Virus record (IMG/VR): IMGVR_UViG_3300028829_002503
DNA from: a virus
Strand: one strand, 5' to 3'
DNA: 37,355 bases
Positions 1 to 9,530 of the stretch are shown piece by piece; position 1 is the stretch's first letter, and each line of letters begins with the position of its first letter. The notes under the pieces were generated by a model, which ran no database searches, was not told the DNA's origin, and saw nothing but the letters and a program-made list of their open reading frames with translations. Made by a program: the position numbers and the translations under genes.

Positions 1-1144
1 CCCATTCAGAACTAGATATAGATTGTAGTCTTTTCATTTCTTCTGCAATTATCTCAGCACGTTTTAATGGATTGAATTCGCTGTCATAACTGTGATTAAT
101 CCATTTATCAAAAACGTTATATCCTTGGTCACGTAAAGCCTGAATTGTGTACATATCGCCATATGTTATAAAAGGTTGTGCTAACATGAATGGCTTAAAT
201 GACTTCTCACTTAAGAAACAAGTTTTTCCTGCTGTCGCCCACGTTTCAATAATAAACTGAAAATTTGTATTTAACACATGGTCATCGTTCAGAGTGTTAA
301 CTAGATTATAATGCAAATCTTCTGTTGCTGGTTTGCCATTCTGAAGATTTTTCCACGTAGATACTTCATCATATGATTTTTCATACTTAAAGCCACCCAT
401 ACACTTTGGAGAAAGATGAAATCGTTTCAGACTATAGTTCCAATTTATACCTCCATCTACTTCGCCACCCCAACTCCAGTTTGTTCTTTCTAATAGATTA
501 TTGTGGTGCATAATCATCATCATATTAATTCTATGATTTCTAATTCGTCTATTATAATATGTACACATCTTATCTCTTGGTATTCTGTCTTCAACTAATT
601 TTAGTTGTTTTGTTCTCAATTCTGAAATACTGATATCATGTTTATCGTATGCTAATGCACATGCTCTTTCCCACCAATTACTATAATGCAGTTCTACGGG
701 AGAATTTAATGTTAATGTATTCCAATCTCCAGATATCCAAATAATATCTTTATACTCACAAGAGAATACATATTTTAGAAACTCCCAACGAATCCCCCAA
801 TATCCTTCTGTTGAGTGGTCAATCATAAATCTACATCTTCCAGACAAAACATCTTCTTTAATTCTATCTGGCAACTCTTTTGCTATTCCTCTTCTATACT
901 CGTCTCTACATTTTATGTGATTTGAATCTTCATCATCAATGTATGTACTAACAGATTCCATAGATAATGCTTTTGTAACATAGTTAGAAGTTTCTTGCCA
1001 ATGTAGATGATAGTAGTAAGTCTCGCCATCATACTTCCAGTCTTCTAGTTCATGCTTATTTTTGAATTCTATTCTAGGATTGTCTGGATGCACATATCTA
1101 TCGTCTGCATGATAATAGTCTCCAGAAAGAAATACAGTTTTCAT
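1..1144 (-). CDS. GT10 (fucosyltransferase)-like putative glycosyltransferase, 3'-partial (absent from the ORF track)
   Basis: Translated by hand. ATG at 1144 overlaps the upstream TAA (TAATG), and the frame is open to the window edge: MKTVFLSGDYYHADD...YNRRIRNHR...FQFIIETWATAGKTCFLSEKSFKPFMLAQPFITYG...GYNVFDKWINHSYD. The E-x(n)-SEK segment resembles the GT10 FEN...TEK motif. Paralog of 9514..10728. Confidence 0.7.
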   Translation of the reverse strand, partial: MKTVFLSGDYYHADDRYVHPDNPRIEFKNKHELEDWKYDGETYYYHLHWQETSNYVTKALSMESVSTYIDDEDSNHIKCRDEYRRGIAKELPDRIKEDVLSGRCRFMIDHSTEGYWGIRWEFLKYVFSCEYKDIIWISGDWNTLTLNSPVELHYSNWWERACALAYDKHDISISELRTKQLKLVEDRIPRDKMCTYYNRRIRNHRINMMMIMHHNNLLERTNWSWGGEVDGGINWNYSLKRFHLSPKCMGGFKYEKSYDEVSTWKNLQNGKPATEDLHYNLVNTLNDDHVLNTNFQFIIETWATAGKTCFLSEKSFKPFMLAQPFITYGDMYTIQALRDQGYNVFDKWINHSYDSEFNPLKRAEIIAEEMKRLQSISSSEW

Positions 1145-1983
1145 TAGACGTACCATCCTTTTGTTTTATTATAAAGAACTTTAGAAATTCGTTTTATCCC
1201 AGATGGACTCCAGTGTCCATCATCTTCAGCAAGTTCGTCAGATTTTTCGTGTTCAATGCTTCCGCCCCATACAATATTTTCATTAAATACTGATGTAGAA
1301 GATATTCTTTTTTCTTCATTTTCTGTCATAAGAGTATCGGGAATATTCCAGAAGTATAATTTAAATCCATGGACTATTGATAAGTTAATTACTGACATCA
1401 AAACTGTTTCTAACTTTACCATACTATTTAACTTTGAAGACTGTTTTTCAAATGTTGATACTAACATTTTGTGATGGTCAGTCATTTGTGAGGGATTTGA
1501 AGGAATATAATTAAATCTATTAGACGTTACACTATCTATGTCTGAATTCCAACTCCAGTCTGTGTCTGTGTACCAATACATATCTCTAGCAATTGAAGTT
1601 ATATTAAAGTAAACCGAATGTATTTGATTTCCGTGAGTATTACACCATTGTTGTAATCTCAATAAAGAAAGAGAATTGCTGCCGCCTGGCATAGCAAGAT
1701 TAAAACACGAATAATCAGATGACAATAATTCTTCAAATCTTTTGCCAAACTCGTCTTCTCTCTTTACTCCATGACAGAATGTAAAACTATCACCAAGAAA
1801 CATTACATGCTTCTTACTAAGTGTTTCGGAATTTATCTCACTCCTAGAATAGTAGTCATTTTCCCAAGTATCAAACCCAGTAATCATTCCACTACTATCT
1901 TTTATTGCGTAAGGACATTGAACTCCACGAAATTCACTATAAACATCTGGTCCTGACAATGAACTCCAACCATCTATTTCCAT
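1144..1983 (-). CDS. SGNH/GDSL-fold protein (putative O-acyl esterase/transferase)
   Basis: Block I FLGDSFTF, block II NLAMPGGSN, C-terminal DDGHWS (catalytic His). Paralog of 10722..11687. Confidence 0.75.
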   Translation of the reverse strand: MEIDGWSSLSGPDVYSEFRGVQCPYAIKDSSGMITGFDTWENDYYSRSEINSETLSKKHVMFLGDSFTFCHGVKREDEFGKRFEELLSSDYSCFNLAMPGGSNSLSLLRLQQWCNTHGNQIHSVYFNITSIARDMYWYTDTDWSWNSDIDSVTSNRFNYIPSNPSQMTDHHKMLVSTFEKQSSKLNSMVKLETVLMSVINLSIVHGFKLYFWNIPDTLMTENEEKRISSTSVFNENIVWGGSIEHEKSDELAEDDGHWSPSGIKRISKVLYNKTKGWYV

Positions 1984-2013
1984 TTATCTTCCTTATTATA
2001 TACTTATATAATC

Positions 2014-2021
2014 TATTTATT
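2014..2021 (-). promoter_or_regulatory. Possible T4-type late promoter variant (AATAAATA)
   Basis: One mismatch from TATAAATA, ~30 nt upstream of the ATG at 1983. AT-rich context, so weak. Confidence 0.35.
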
Positions 2022-2043
2022 AACAAAAAAAATAGCGAAAAAC

Positions 2044-2071
2044 TTGACAAGAATCAATTTTATGCTATAAT
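2044..2071 (+). promoter_or_regulatory. Consensus sigma70 promoter with extended -10
   Basis: TTGACA (2044-2049), 16-nt spacer, TGcTATAAT (-10 at 2066-2071), A-tracts upstream, SD GAGAGGT at 2092-2098 before ATG 2106. Confidence 0.85.
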
Positions 2072-2105
2072 ATATGTATATTAATAAAACTGAGAGGTAT
2101 ATAAT

Positions 2106-3575
2106 ATGAATAAAATGTTATCATTTACCCTAATAGCAATGTCGTTATGGGGTTGTACGGGCATGACGCAAGCCGCATCTTGTCCAAATGGAGTTGATGC
2201 AGTTAAGACTGACGCAGGTGGATACTGGGTTTATAAATGTCCAGACACTAAAAGTTCAGTATCTAGTGGTGGAAAAAAATTATTAGCAGGAATAGACATT
2301 GAGAACGACCCCAATGTTGACTTCTTTAAGCCACACAAAACACCATGGACAGTCTTAAAATTCTTTCAACACAAAGAAGATTGGCAAATTGCTGATTTCA
2401 ACAATGATGGATATGTTGACGTTCTTTACATAGGAGGTATGAAAGCCGAAGCACTTACGGGTGAAGCCTTAGAACTTTTTGCTAAAGACCACAACACTAC
2501 AGTAGATGAACTTGAGGGCAATACAGGAATACATTGTGGGGACAATGCTTGTAAGGGCGTAATGCCATTGCCTCAGTTATACTTAAGTGATGAAAATGGC
2601 AAACTTACTGTAGCAGAAGGACTTATTATTGATAATCGTAAATCTCCCGGAATGTCTTTAGCAAAAGATATTCTTCTTGCTGATTATAATAATGATGGCA
2701 CTATAGATTTTTTCATTCCTGACCACGGACTTGGAACTGATAATGGAGTCAGAGACAGTTACTATCTAAGTCAACCCAATGGTACTTGGTTAGAATCAAG
2801 TAGCACCCATTTGAGTCACCCTAATTTTGTAATATTTGACCACGGTGGTGCTGTTGGTGATATTGATGGTGATGGTGATATGGATGTTGTTGTTACCCAC
2901 ACTGGTCCATCGTCATATAACACACCGCATAGACTGATGTGTTGGATGAATGATGGCAAAGGTTTTCTTAAGAAGCGTGGATGTGGTGGCAATTTTTCTT
3001 TTGCAATTGAACTTGGTGATATGGATGGCGATGGTGATTTAGATATAGTGCAGGGTGGATTAGAAAAATCAGATTGTAAACATTGTAATATTACTGCAAT
3101 TGTTTGGAATGATGGCAGAGGTAACTTTAGTAAACATAATACTACTAAGTTGCCACAATACCCAGAAGTTTATTTCAATATACCCGAGGTCTCAATGGCA
3201 GACTTAGATAATGATGGTGACTTAGATATCGTATTGAGTAGAGCCGGACATATGTATGTCGGAACAGCGGTCAGTATTATTGAAAACTTAGGTAACAAGA
3301 AGTTTAAAGACCGTGGCTTGATTGAAGTGCGTCCAGCACCTGAAGGTTATACCTCTAATTGGGAAGGTAATCCTTGGAATGCTTTTATAGTGATGATTAA
3401 GTTCAGAGACTTTGATGAAGATGGAGACATGGATGTATATTTCGGAGGTGGCTCTAATTGGACCAATGGAATGGTGTTACTAAATGAAGGTGATTTTAAT
3501 TTTGAATTATTAAAGCCTAATGACGCATCGTACCTATACGATAGAGTTGGACCAGGCCTTAAGATAGGCAACTAA
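2106..3575 (+). CDS. Secreted/lipoprotein FG-GAP (VCBS) repeat beta-propeller protein
   Basis: N-terminal signal peptide (MNKMLSFTLIAMSLWGC, lipobox-like LWGC). Six Ca-binding repeats: DFNNDGYVD, DYNNDGTID, DIDGDGDMD, DMDGDGDLD, DLDNDGDLD, DFDEDGDMD. Confidence 0.85.
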   Translation: MNKMLSFTLIAMSLWGCTGMTQAASCPNGVDAVKTDAGGYWVYKCPDTKSSVSSGGKKLLAGIDIENDPNVDFFKPHKTPWTVLKFFQHKEDWQIADFNNDGYVDVLYIGGMKAEALTGEALELFAKDHNTTVDELEGNTGIHCGDNACKGVMPLPQLYLSDENGKLTVAEGLIIDNRKSPGMSLAKDILLADYNNDGTIDFFIPDHGLGTDNGVRDSYYLSQPNGTWLESSSTHLSHPNFVIFDHGGAVGDIDGDGDMDVVVTHTGPSSYNTPHRLMCWMNDGKGFLKKRGCGGNFSFAIELGDMDGDGDLDIVQGGLEKSDCKHCNITAIVWNDGRGNFSKHNTTKLPQYPEVYFNIPEVSMADLDNDGDLDIVLSRAGHMYVGTAVSIIENLGNKKFKDRGLIEVRPAPEGYTSNWEGNPWNAFIVMIKFRDFDEDGDMDVYFGGGSNWTNGMVLLNEGDFNFELLKPNDASYLYDRVGPGLKIGN

Positions 3576-4465
3576 TCTAAAGTCTTAATTAGCCCGTCTT
3601 TAAGTGAAGTGAATTCATAATCACCAACTAAAGACAACATTTTAGAAACATCGGCGCATCTTCTGGAAACACTTCCAGCAGGTGCGTTTTTGTATGTAGG
3701 TTCTCTATCAACTCCAATAATCTCACGCACAATCTTTGCTACGTCTCCTATCGAACTCTCTATTGGATTACCAATATGAATTGTATCGTTGTTAAGTTTT
3801 TCACCTACCATCAAAGTCAGTTCAGCCGCATCATCAATATAGATAAACGCACGAGTTTCATCGTGTCCATATAACACATTATCACCTTCTCTTAATCGGT
3901 CAGCATACTCTGGAATAAAATGATTCTTCTGCTCTTTGCCGTATGCATTGTGATATCTAATAATAACATACTCTAGTCCATGTTCTTCGTGTGCGGCATG
4001 TACCGCAATCTCGCCCATAAGTTTACTACCAGCATAACTCCATCTTGTGTTGTCTATTTCATTGATTACACCCACATTGACTTCGGGTGTTGGTATTTCT
4101 GTGATACCTAGTTGAACACCACCAGCATATATCTCACTACTACTTGCATATACAAACTTTGTTTTTGAATACTTGTATCTATGAAGTAGGTTAATAGTAG
4201 GAGTCATAGTGCTATCTATAACAGATAATGGTTTTGTATAGAAGTGTGCTGTGTTATTATACGCACACAAATGATATACTATATCTGCTTCAGGCAAATA
4301 TGCAACGGCTTCTGTGTTTGTTAAATCACATGTGTCAAAAGTGTGTCCGTATGTGTTAGCAGGCTCATGTATATCGGTTAATCTAACATCATGCTCACTA
4401 TTCTCTAGTTGCTTTGCTAATGCTTGACCAATAAATCCAGAGGCGCCAGTTATTAGTATTTTCAT
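3572..4465 (-). CDS. NAD-dependent NDP-sugar epimerase/dehydratase (extended SDR)
   Basis: ILITGASGFIG Rossmann motif, ASSSEIY, catalytic YAGSK (YxxxK), RYHNAYG. Confidence 0.92.
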   Translation of the reverse strand: MKILITGASGFIGQALAKQLENSEHDVRLTDIHEPANTYGHTFDTCDLTNTEAVAYLPEADIVYHLCAYNNTAHFYTKPLSVIDSTMTPTINLLHRYKYSKTKFVYASSSEIYAGGVQLGITEIPTPEVNVGVINEIDNTRWSYAGSKLMGEIAVHAAHEEHGLEYVIIRYHNAYGKEQKNHFIPEYADRLREGDNVLYGHDETRAFIYIDDAAELTLMVGEKLNNDTIHIGNPIESSIGDVAKIVREIIGVDREPTYKNAPAGSVSRRCADVSKMLSLVGDYEFTSLKDGLIKTLD

Positions 4466-5253
4466 TTTCTCATACCCTCAAACACTGTTTTCTTAAACAG
4501 TTTATTTTCTTTATCAATATACTCAAATAGTTTATTTGGTATGCCTAGTTTCTTACATGCATTGTTCATCGCTAGTACATCTTTCGGTAAACAAGCACCG
4601 CCGTATCCTCTGAGTTCTGGCTTAACATCTAAGTATTCATCAGGCAAATCAGTGTTACGTAAGAATGCTTCTTTTACTTTATCGTAATCTGCACCCATCT
4701 TATCACTTATCTCAAACATTACATTAGAGAATACTACACGCAACGCATTAAATGTATTGTGATAGTACTTCATAAGTTCTGCTTCTGTTGGCGAAACTCT
4801 CATAATATCTTCTGGTAGTTTACCATGTGAACGTTGTACGAGGTAATAATAGTTTACATTGTTTGTTCCAACTAGTAACAACTTGTGGTCAAATATAAAG
4901 TCATACTCTGCACTTCGTTCTTTTAAGAACTCTGGGACAAATACAATTCTATCATCATATTGTTCTACTAGTCTTTTAGTAGTACCTGGTTCTACTGTTG
5001 ACTTAATACCTATTACGCCTTCATAGTTTGCTTGACGTAATTCAGCAACGACACTTTCTACAATACTTGTGTCGCATTCACCTTTGTCGTTTGTTGGTGT
5101 AGGCACACATAGATATACAATCTCTGCTTCTAACAAATCTTCTATCTTTGTGTCGAGTGTAATGTCATGTGGTATAACTGTATACCCACAATGTTCAAAG
5201 CCTGTCTTACATGCTTTGCCTACTACTCCTAATCCTACTACTCCTATTTTCAT
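4462..5253 (-). CDS. UDP-glucose/GDP-mannose dehydrogenase family, short form lacking the C-terminal domain
   Basis: GLGVVG, CVPTP, KSTVEPG, PEFLKE, AELMKY, catalytic GYGGACLPKD. Start placed at ATG 5253 (ATGA overlap with the upstream stop). Confidence 0.9.
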   Translation of the reverse strand: MKIGVVGLGVVGKACKTGFEHCGYTVIPHDITLDTKIEDLLEAEIVYLCVPTPTNDKGECDTSIVESVVAELRQANYEGVIGIKSTVEPGTTKRLVEQYDDRIVFVPEFLKERSAEYDFIFDHKLLLVGTNNVNYYYLVQRSHGKLPEDIMRVSPTEAELMKYYHNTFNALRVVFSNVMFEISDKMGADYDKVKEAFLRNTDLPDEYLDVKPELRGYGGACLPKDVLAMNNACKKLGIPNKLFEYIDKENKLFKKTVFEGMRK

Positions 5254-5771
5254 AAATTCTTCCACTTTACACTACAACCAAATGATGGATTTGGTTCCCA
5301 ATCAATTGACTTGCCTACTAATGTTAAATCTAAGGCATGCCGCAGACTGCTACCAGTTGGCATCAAATCATTACTTGTGTGACTTGGGTCTAGTTCACCA
5401 TGATACACAATAGTATCATCTTCATCAATGACATAAAACTCTGGAGTACAAACTGCGCCATATTCCTTTGCTATGCTTTGGTCTTCATCAAATATATAAT
5501 CACACGCCACTCCATACTTGTTTACAAAATCTTCCATAAACTCTGGTGCATCTTCTGGACTACTATCGTCTGTGTCTGGACTTGCATCGTTACTGTTGAC
5601 TGCAATACAATGTACTCTATCGTTATACTCTTTTACTATCTTTGATATTGCCGGCATTCTAAACAAGACATAAGGACAATGGTTACAAATAATCATTACT
5701 AGTCTTACACCCCTAACATCGTCAATTGGATATGCTTTCTTGCCTATCATGTTTTCACTTGTTAATAACAT
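5250..5771 (-). CDS. Thioredoxin-fold AhpC/TSA (peroxiredoxin-like) protein
   Basis: ICNHCPYV (CxxC), VNSND, AVCTPEF, GCSVKW. Start placed at ATG 5771 (TAATG coupling). Confidence 0.85.
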   Translation of the reverse strand: MLLTSENMIGKKAYPIDDVRGVRLVMIICNHCPYVLFRMPAISKIVKEYNDRVHCIAVNSNDASPDTDDSSPEDAPEFMEDFVNKYGVACDYIFDEDQSIAKEYGAVCTPEFYVIDEDDTIVYHGELDPSHTSNDLMPTGSSLRHALDLTLVGKSIDWEPNPSFGCSVKWKNL

Positions 5772-6541
5772 TACGTCAACCTCACTATTGAAATAGCACA
5801 ATCATCTATCTCTTGTGTGTATACAAATTTATCGTTAAAGAACTCATCTACAACTTCGTGTACTCCAGAAAACATATTATAATCATCTATATGGATTACT
5901 CCACCCACTGGTATCAAGTCCCATATATGTTCTAGTGTATGTTTGGTTGGTGCCGCAATATCCATGTCTAATCGTATAAAAGATATTTGTTCTGGCAATG
6001 TTGTAGGTATTGTATCGATAACTGAACCCTCAACATATATCACTGTATCATCTATAATATCTTTTATTTCTTCACTATTATATTTGTTGTTCGTTTGATT
6101 TTTAGTATGTTCTAAAACATTTTGTTTAACTTCATCTAAATCACAGTAGCACCATTTATCATCAACGTATCTACTTTCTACACTCTCTCCAGAACCTTCA
6201 TTGTTCATCAGTATGTGAGTATCATTGTCTATCAATTCATTTTTAGGCACACCAGAAAATGTGTCATATGCCCAGAAAGAACGATTTATATTCAATCTTT
6301 TCATCTCACCAATAGACAGTGCAATATTGCCTCCCATATAAACACCACATTCTACTAAGTCACCAGGAATCTTTTTTCTTTCAACATATCTGATAGTTTC
6401 TAATATGGCATTCATCCGTGAAGTACTCATTGTAGATATAGTAGATATTTCCATCATCTTTCCAATATCACTTTTTGTCCATTTTGAGCGATAATTGTTT
6501 TTTATTTCGCTATATATTTCTTTGTAAATAAAATCATTCAT
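5771..6541 (-). CDS. TylF/MycF/NovP-family sugar O-methyltransferase
   Basis: GDLVECGVYMGG, YDTFSG, IRLDMD, GGVIHIDDY. Confidence 0.9.
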   Translation of the reverse strand: MNDFIYKEIYSEIKNNYRSKWTKSDIGKMMEISTISTMSTSRMNAILETIRYVERKKIPGDLVECGVYMGGNIALSIGEMKRLNINRSFWAYDTFSGVPKNELIDNDTHILMNNEGSGESVESRYVDDKWCYCDLDEVKQNVLEHTKNQTNNKYNSEEIKDIIDDTVIYVEGSVIDTIPTTLPEQISFIRLDMDIAAPTKHTLEHIWDLIPVGGVIHIDDYNMFSGVHEVVDEFFNDKFVYTQEIDDCAISIVRLT

Positions 6542-7740
6542 CAGCCTATCACCTCAAACTCTGGTGTACAGAATACAAGTTTTCCGCCATCTTTAATCCA
6601 GTCTTTTAAAATTCTATTAACAAACAATTCTTTAAAGTGAAATGGGAACACTAAGAAGTAATCTGCTTTCTCTTTTGCTTCGTCTTCGTGTACAATAGGA
6701 ATACTACTACCAACTAGATACTTACCAATCTTATCTGGATGTATCTCTGCCGCACCACTAATCACATCACTATCTAGTCCATAGTATTGCATAATTGTAT
6801 TGCCTTTTGTACTAGCACCCATGATATAAACTTTCTTTCCGTTTTCTACTTCTGAACGTAAGAAGTTCATAGTGTCATCTCTATTCTTATCGATGTTTGT
6901 TTTCCAATCAGTGTATCGTTCTACTGAACAATTCTCTTCGTACTCACAACTACCTTCATTCAAGTGTCGAATATAAAGTTGATAACTGCCACCATTGATG
7001 TCGTTCTCACGTACTTGATATATCTCTAATCCATTACGTTCTAATAGGTTTACTAGTGATTGATACGAGTAGTATTCAATATGTTCATGTATCACATTGC
7101 CCAAGTCGTTAGTATCTAACATTGGTCTTGCAGTCATTAATTGGCAGACCCAAACACCACTTTCGTCTAATATATGTTTGATATCTTGTACGAATTCATT
7201 TGGATTATCTAAGTCATAGAACATAGCGACAGTAGTAACAATCTTTGCTTTACCATACCAGTCACCAATTTGCTTTTCCCAATTCTTCTTGTTGAAGAAG
7301 TCGCCTATCATAATATCACAGTTCTCTTTTAATTCTTTGTGAATATTCTGTGCTGGGTCAATGCCAACTTTTATCACGTTGTCAGGATAAAAACTTAGAA
7401 GTGTGCCGTCGTTTGCACCAATATCAACAACTAAGTCTTCGTCTTTTAGTTCCACTTCATACGATGCTTCTACTGTTATACTCTCTAAGTTATCAACAAT
7501 CTTTTTGTTCAACCTAGATAGATACCAATAATTTTTATACAGGTCTTCTTCTCGCACAGTATGAGTTAGTTGTACTAAATCACATTCTTTACAATGCACT
7601 AAGGCAAGTGGTGCTGTTCCTACATCTAAGTTTGGTTCTTTGACAAATGCATTAATTTTCAAATCTCCAATATCAAATACTGTGTTAAGGTCTTTGTTAC
7701 CACAACTTCGACATTCTTCTATTTGCTTAATATTTGCCAT
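6541..7740 (-). CDS. NDP-sugar C-methyltransferase (NovU/TcaB9-like, Zn-binding N-terminus)
   Basis: CRSC...CKEC zinc site, DIGANDG SAM motif, HEHIEYYS, C-terminal GASTKGNT domain. Confidence 0.9.
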   Translation of the reverse strand: MANIKQIEECRSCGNKDLNTVFDIGDLKINAFVKEPNLDVGTAPLALVHCKECDLVQLTHTVREEDLYKNYWYLSRLNKKIVDNLESITVEASYEVELKDEDLVVDIGANDGTLLSFYPDNVIKVGIDPAQNIHKELKENCDIMIGDFFNKKNWEKQIGDWYGKAKIVTTVAMFYDLDNPNEFVQDIKHILDESGVWVCQLMTARPMLDTNDLGNVIHEHIEYYSYQSLVNLLERNGLEIYQVRENDINGGSYQLYIRHLNEGSCEYEENCSVERYTDWKTNIDKNRDDTMNFLRSEVENGKKVYIMGASTKGNTIMQYYGLDSDVISGAAEIHPDKIGKYLVGSSIPIVHEDEAKEKADYFLVFPFHFKELFVNRILKDWIKDGGKLVFCTPEFEVIG

Positions 7741-8345
7741 TATAACTCCTTTATATAACTGATGTCAGGATACGTATATGACCCTGCAACATCTTCGTTG
7801 TATACTTTATTCTTAATAAAATTATGTAATCCTAACTCAGCAGTTTCTGGTGTCATAAACATATGATATCCCAAAACTTTCATCTTATCTTCTTCGTATG
7901 GAACACTCATATCTCTTCCATCATGTACCGCAAGTTGCGCCCAATCGTAAAAATCTTTATCATCAGTGAGTATCATTCCACCTTTAATAGTACTTAGTAT
8001 CTTTTTAAATTGAAAACTCAAGCAATGGTATGTTCCTGGTATATACATATCTTTTGTAAATCTAGGAGCACCATCTACGATGTTTGTAGGTTCAATTGGA
8101 TAAACACCTTTCCATTCTTTGTCTACAAAATTCACATCAAACCCAGCATGTATCATTTGCATTGGCGCACTAACATAAGTATTTTTTGGCATCTCAACAG
8201 TACAAGTTCCGTGTTTCTTCTTATAGTATATAGCACTTAAAAATATAGCATGACTACAACAGTCAGTTGCAATACTATATGGTGCATTGGCATAATCAGC
8301 CACTACTCTCTCAAACTTATGTACTGTGTCAAATGGATTTACCAT
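7740..8345 (-). CDS. DegT/DnrJ/EryC1-type PLP aminotransferase, short form
   Basis: FE...ADY...ATDCCSHAIFLS, PKNTYVS, IVDGA (PLP Asp), LSFQFKKIL (PLP Lys), GGMILTDD. Only 201 aa. Confidence 0.8.
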   Translation of the reverse strand: MVNPFDTVHKFERVVADYANAPYSIATDCCSHAIFLSAIYYKKKHGTCTVEMPKNTYVSAPMQMIHAGFDVNFVDKEWKGVYPIEPTNIVDGAPRFTKDMYIPGTYHCLSFQFKKILSTIKGGMILTDDKDFYDWAQLAVHDGRDMSVPYEEDKMKVLGYHMFMTPETAELGLHNFIKNKVYNEDVAGSYTYPDISYIKEL

Positions 8346-9139
8346 GTTATATCTACCAAAGTTGCAGTAATTGTATTTCCATAATTTCCATCTACTATAT
8401 TCGCAAACGGAATATCAGAATATTTCTTTTCTGTGCTGTTGTATTTTTTTAGCCAATTATGAAAAGCATCACTACTATATAGTTTCTTACGTCTTTCATT
8501 CTGAAAAAGAAATAAAGGTCCTACACTATCTATGTCCATTATATCTGAATTGCTAGGATTATCATCGTGTGCCCATGCTTCTTCAAAACTTCTTCCAACT
8601 CTACATTCATCATTTAAATATACATCTGCGGTTGTATCTAAAATATTGTCTTCAGTTACATGAAAGGCATATTCTTGTTGATTATGAGTTATATCAAATC
8701 CAAAAATATAATCGTTACCAACAGTTGCTTGTATATCCATATAATTTGGTGTAACTAAAGAATCTTCGTAATCATGTATGTTATGGTTGATTAATTGTAA
8801 ATCTTGTATATTATATCCACCTTTATTAAATGCAGTTGTAAATTGTCTATGTATTATATTACATTCTTCAATAGTCAATGAGTTGCCAATCGTAACTGCG
8901 GGTTCAATGCCAGTTAATCTAAAACCTTTTCTTAAATTTTCCAAAGCATCAATAGGTGTTTTTGTAAGCCAATGGCCCGAATAAGAGCGCCCTATTTCTG
9001 GTGGCAGTGGTCGTTGGTATAATTCAACATTATTTGTTTTACAGACTTTACAGATTTCTAATACTTTTTGATTCGTGGCGGTGTCGAACACGTCAAGTGT
9101 TAGGGTTTCGTTATTGTCAAATTTAAATTTCATTTCCAT
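8339..9139 (-). CDS. Hypothetical protein
   Basis: 266-aa ORF overlapping both neighbours. No family recognised. Start could be at 9133. Confidence 0.7.
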   Translation of the reverse strand: MEMKFKFDNNETLTLDVFDTATNQKVLEICKVCKTNNVELYQRPLPPEIGRSYSGHWLTKTPIDALENLRKGFRLTGIEPAVTIGNSLTIEECNIIHRQFTTAFNKGGYNIQDLQLINHNIHDYEDSLVTPNYMDIQATVGNDYIFGFDITHNQQEYAFHVTEDNILDTTADVYLNDECRVGRSFEEAWAHDDNPSNSDIMDIDSVGPLFLFQNERRKKLYSSDAFHNWLKKYNSTEKKYSDIPFANIVDGNYGNTITATLVDITW

Positions 9140-9530
9140 TTTTGTTCACTTTCACAATCGGGTCATTACATTTATCCCAATGTTTTGTTAACATACTGAC
9201 AAAAGAATAATCTTCTAATGCTCTGAATTTGTGAGATGTTCCAATAGGTATACGAATACTATCTCCTACTTCTAAGGTAATAGTAATATCTTCATTGTCA
9301 GACACAAATTCAGTATACTCACATCTACCAGAGACTACCATCATATACTCATTAAACTCTGGATGATAATGATATCCCCTTTCGTCACCTTTCTTAGTGA
9401 CCATAAGATTGTATTCAGTCAAGTTATCATCAATAGGAAAACTAAAGATTGTGCCACGACTATCTTTAAAGATGTCGGCAGATACCATTTCTGTTTTACT
9501 ATTCTCTTTAATCTTATTGTATCGCATCAT
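9123..9530 (-). CDS. Cupin, probable NDP-sugar epimerase/ketoisomerase (RmlC/FdtA-like)
   Basis: DSRG motif, RGYHYHP..NEY, GDSIRIPIGTSHKF cupin motifs; sugar-gene context. Confidence 0.75.
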   Translation of the reverse strand: MMRYNKIKENSKTEMVSADIFKDSRGTIFSFPIDDNLTEYNLMVTKKGDERGYHYHPEFNEYMMVVSGRCEYTEFVSDNEDITITLEVGDSIRIPIGTSHKFRALEDYSFVSMLTKHWDKCNDPIVKVNKNGNEI

